Source: Cyanophora paradoxa CCMP329
Taxonomy: Eukaryota; Plantae; Glaucophyta
Reading direction: 5' to 3'
Assembly: GCA_004431415.1 (NCBI GenBank)
Contig: QPMI01000123.1
Location: 1 to 64,000, forward strand
Length of the DNA: 64,000 nucleotides
A program made the position numbers and the translations under genes. The notes below the pieces were generated by a model that saw only the letters and a program-made list of their open reading frames with translations, did no database searches and had not been told where the DNA came from. Positions 59,801 to 64,000 of this stretch are shown here, piece by piece (within the stretch, counting starts at the first letter, position 1; the number at the start of each line of letters is the position of its first letter).

Positions 59801-62800
59801 GAACCGGCACAGTCGGGATCACTGGCACTGTGACGTCGACGGGGCTGCTGAACATGAACGGGTTCCTGAACGTGCACGACAACAAGTTCGTTCTCGACGG
59901 GTCGGGTAACGTGCTCGCCACGGGCGTGGTGGGCATCACGGGCACGATCACGTCGACGGGGCTGCTGAACGCGAACGGGTTTCTGAACGTGCATGACAAC
60001 AAGTTCGTGGTGGACATGAGCGGCAACGTGCTGGGCACTGGATTTGTCGGCTTGACGGGGACGCTGACGTCGACGGGGCTGCTGAACGCGAACGGGTTCC
60101 TGAACGTGCATGACAACAAGTTCGTGGTGGACATGAGCGGCAACGTGCTGGGCACGGGCATGGTTGGCGTGACGGGGACGCTGACGTCGACGGGGCTGCT
60201 GAACGCGAACGGGTTCCTGAACGTGGGCGCGAACAAGTTCGTGGTGGACATGAGTGGCAACGTGCTGGGCACGGGCATGGTTGGCGTGACGGGGACGCTG
60301 ACGTCGACGGGGCTGCTGAACGTGAACGGGTTCCTGAACGTGGGCGCGAACAAGTTCGTGGTGGACATGAGTGGCAACGTGCTGGGAACCGGCACCGTCG
60401 GGATCACGGGCACCGTGACGTCGACGGGGCTGCTGAACATGAACGGGTTCCTGAACGTGCACGACAACAAGTTCGTTCTCGACGGGTCGGGTAACGTTCT
60501 TGCCACGGGCGTCGTGGGCATCACGGGCACGATCACGTCGACGGGGCTGCTGAACGCGAACGGGTTCCTGAACGTGCACGACAACAAGTTCGTGGTGGAC
60601 ATGAGCGGCAACGTGCTGGGTACTGGGTTCGTCGGCTTGACGGGGACGCTGACATCGACCGGTCTTATCAACGCGAACGGGTTCCTGAACGTGGGCGCGA
60701 ACAAGTTCGTGGTGGACATGAGCGGCAACGTGCTGGGCACGGGGATGGTGGGCGTGACGGGGACGCTGACGTCGACAGGGCTGTTGAATGCAAACGGGTT
60801 CCTGAATGTCGGGCTGAACAAGTTCGTGGTGGACACGAGCGGCAACGTGCTGGGCACGGGGATGGTGGGCGTGACGGGGACGCTCACGTCGACGGGGCTG
60901 CTGAACGCGAACGGGTTCCTTAATGTTCGTGCCAACAAGTTCGTGGTGGACATGAGCGGCAACGTGCTGGGAACCGGCACCGTCGGGATCACTGGCACCG
61001 TGACGTCGACGGGGCTGCTGAACATGAACGGGTTCCTGAACGTGCACGACAACAAGTTCGTTCTGGACGGGTCGGGTAACGTGCTCGCCACGGGAGTGGT
61101 TGGCATCACGGGCACAATCACGTCGACGGGGCTGCTGAACGCGAACGGGTTCCTGAACGTGCACGACAACAAGTTCGTGGTGGATATGAGCGGAAACGTG
61201 CTGGGCACTGGGTTCGTCGGCTTGACGGGGACGCTGACATCGACGGGGCTGCTGAACGCGAACGGGTTCCTGAACGTGGGCGCGAACAAGTTCGTGGTGG
61301 ACACGAGCGGCAACGTGCTGGGCACGGGGATGGTGGGCGTGACGGGGACGCTCACGTCGACGGGGCTGCTGAACGCGAACGGGTTCCTTAATGTTCGTGC
61401 CAACAAGTTCGTGGTGGATATGAGCGGCAACGTGCTGGGAACCGGCACAGTCGGGATCACGGGCACTGTGACGTCGACGGGGCTGCTGAACATGAACGGG
61501 TTCCTGAACGTGCACGACAACAAGTTCGTTCTCGACGGATCGGGTAACGTGCTTGGCACGGGCGGAGTGGGCATCACGGGCACAATTACGTCGACAGGGC
61601 TGCTGAACGCGAATGGGTTCCTGAATGTGCACGACAACAAGTTCGTGGTGGACATGAGCGGCAACGTGCTGGGCACTGGGTTCGTCGGCTTGACGGGGAC
61701 GCTGACATCGACCGGTCTTCTCAACGTGAACGGGTTCCTGAACGTGGGCGCGAACAAGTTCGTGGTGGACATGAGCGGCAACATGCTGGGCACGGGGATG
61801 GTGGGCGTGACCGGGACGCTGACGTCGACAGGGCTGCTGAATGCGAACGGGTTCCTGAACGTGGGCGCGAACAAGTTCGTGGTGGACACGAGCGGCAACG
61901 TGCTGGGCACGGGGATGGTGGGCGTGACGGGGACGCTCACGTCGACGGGGCTGCTGAACGCGAACGGGTTCCTTAATGTTCGTGCCAACAAGTTCGTGGT
62001 GGACATGAGCGGCAACGTGCTGGGAACCGGCACCGTCGGGATCACGGGCACCGTGACGTCGACGGGGCTGCTGAACATGAACGGGTTCCTGAACGTGCAC
62101 GACAACAAGTTCGTTCTCGACGGGTCGGGTAACGTGCTCGCCACGGGCGTGGTGGGCATCACGGGCACGATCACGTCGACGGGGCTGCTGAACGCGAACG
62201 GGTTCCTGAACGTGCACGACAACAAGTTCGTGGTGGACATGAGCGGCAACGTGCTGGGCACTGGGTTCGTCGGCTTGACGGGGACGCTGACGTCGACGGG
62301 GCTGCTGAACGCGAACGGGTTCCTGAACGTGGGCGCGAACAAGTTCGTGGTGGACACGAGCGGCAACGTGCTGGGTACGGGCATGGTGGGCTTGACGGGG
62401 ACGCTGACGTCGACGGGGCTGCTGAACGCGAACGGGTTTCTCAATGTTCGTGCCAACAAGTTCGTGGTGGATATGAGCGGCAACGTGCTTGGAACCGGCA
62501 CCGTCGGGATCACGGGGACCGTGACGTCGACGGGGCTGCTGAACATGAACGGGTTCCTGAATGTTCACGACAACAAGTTCGTTCTCGACGGGTCGGGTAA
62601 CATGCTCGCCACGGGCGTGGTGGGCATCACGGGCACGATCACGTCGACGGGGCTGCTGAACGCGAACGGCTTCCTGAACGTGCACGACAACAAGTTCGTG
62701 GTGGACATGAGCGGAAACGTGCTGGGCACTGGGTTCGTCGGCTTGACGGGGACGCTGACGTCGACGGGGCTGCTGAACGCGAACGGGTTCCTGAACGTGG

Positions 62801-64000
62801 GCGCGAACAAGTTCGTTGTGGACATGAGCGGCAACGTGCTGGGCACTGGGTTCGTCGGCTTGACGGGGACGCTGACGTCGACGGGGCTGCTGAACGCGAA
62901 CGGGTTCCTGAACGTGGGCGCGAACAAGTTCGTGGTGGACACGAGCGGCAACGTGCTGGGCACGGGGATGGTGGGCGTGACAGGGACGCTCACGTCGACG
63001 GGGCTGCTGAACGCGAACGGGTTCCTCAATGTTCGTGCCAACAAGTTCGTGGTGGACATGAGCGGCAACGTGCTGGGAACCGGCACAGTCGGGATCACTG
63101 GCACCGTGACGTCGACGGGCTTGCTGAACATGAACGGGTTCCTGAACGTGCACGACAACAAGTTTGTTCTGGACGGGTCGGGTAACGTGCTCGCCACTGG
63201 TGTGGTGGGCATCACGGGCACGATCACGTCGACGGGGCTGCTGAACGCGAATGGATTTTTGAACGTTGGCACGAATCGCTTCGTTGTAGACATGAGCGGG
63301 AACGTTTTAGCAAGTGGTTCCCTTGGCGTTACCGGCACTGTTACGTCAACTGGCCTTCTAAACATTCCTTTCGGCGCCGTCACAGTGATGGTTAATCGTT
63401 TCGTGGCGGATACTAGCGGCAATGTTCTTGTGTCTGGCTTCATGGGCCTGACGGGAACTCTTACATCGACGGGCCTTCTGAACGTCAATGGGTTTATGAA
63501 CGTTGCGGGGAACAAGTTTGTCGTGGATACAAACGGAAATCTTTTAAGCACTGGTGGCCTTGGGGTCACCGGGACTGTGACATCGACGGGCTTGCTGAAC
63601 ATAAACGGGTTCCTGAACGTGCACGACAACAAGTTCGTTCTGGATGGGTCGGGTAACATGCTTGCCACGGGTGCTGTCGGCATTACTGGCACACTGACTT
63701 CTACCGGCCTTCTGCGAGCCAGTGGCGGTCTGAACGTGGCTGTTAACAAATTCGTCGTCGATACTAGTGGAAACGCGTTCATCACGGGAACACTTGCCGT
63801 ATCGGGCACTGTCACCTCGACGGGCCTACTGATGGCCAACGGCGGCATTCTCATCGGTACGAATCGGTTTGCTGTCGACGCGCTCGGCAACACGTTTACG
63901 GCAACCAGCTTGGTCGTCACCGGCATTTCGGTGTTCAACCAGCAGCTTTACACTGGGGCCGGCATGACAGTGAGCACGGACAAGCTGCAGATTGACGCCA
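44866..64000 (+). CDS. Giant predicted secreted repeat protein (>6000 aa; runs off the window): signal peptide, multi-exon N-terminal region, then one >17-kb exon
   Basis: MGGRLLLLAGLLCALAPAARG signal-like start; short GT-AG introns to 46787 (last seen 46730-46787); frame 1 open from 46789 to 64000. Absent from the ORF track because there is no stop in the window. Linkage of the first exons is inferred. Confidence 0.88.
46789..63960 (+). repeat. Coding tandem array, 117-bp unit, ~147 copies; consensus MVGVTGTLTSTGLLNANG(G/F)LNVxxN(Q/K)FVVDMSGNVL(G/A)TG
   Basis: Constant 117-bp spacing (e.g. CAGTTC at 47131, 47248) and identical frame at 47161 and 63901. Confidence 0.98.

Noticed and set aside
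47131-63250. TALE-like DNA-binding repeats (variable di-residue including HD)
   Set aside because: Repeats are 39 aa, Gly/Thr/Val beta-type, with no LTPxQVVAIAS helix pattern, and the protein appears secreted; the analogy is only organisational.
46731-63938. Very long minus-strand and alternate-frame ORFs (e.g. 1316 aa, 1417 aa)
   Set aside because: Shadows of the repetitive, codon-biased frame-1 plus-strand exon, which is the frame spliced to the upstream exons and never interrupted.

Overview
Eukaryotic (GC-rich, short-intron, flagellated protist-like) genomic window in three zones. (1) 1-~34.7 kb is a mobile-element island. It holds an unusually large Ty3/Gypsy LTR retroelement (gag zinc knuckle at the window start, then ~10.4 kb of unrecognised same-strand coding sequence before protease-RT-RNaseH-integrase). 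Next comes an AT-richer ~10 kb Polinton/Maverick(adintovirus)-like segment with a protein-primed PolB whose proofreading motifs look lost, two paralogous rve integrases in opposite orientation, a helicase-HNH fragment, DUF5710-type genes, a bacterial-type SAM decarboxylase and 32-bp-period palindromic arrays; no capsid or packaging ATPase is visible. The island ends with a truncated Ulp1-like protease back-to-back with a Skp1-like gene and a young 2.1-kb non-coding LTR element with identical LTRs and a TSD. (2) 35.8-44.4 kb is a very compact block of intron-containing host genes in head-to-head pairs: ERCC1, DRC5/TCTE1, LIS1, a DUF1294 protein and VPS29. (3) 44.9 kb to beyond the window end is one giant predicted secreted protein, missed by the ORF track. 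Its >17 kb final exon encodes ~147 copies of a 39-aa beta-rich repeat arranged in higher-order cassettes. All calls are from motif recognition by eye; no database searches were run.
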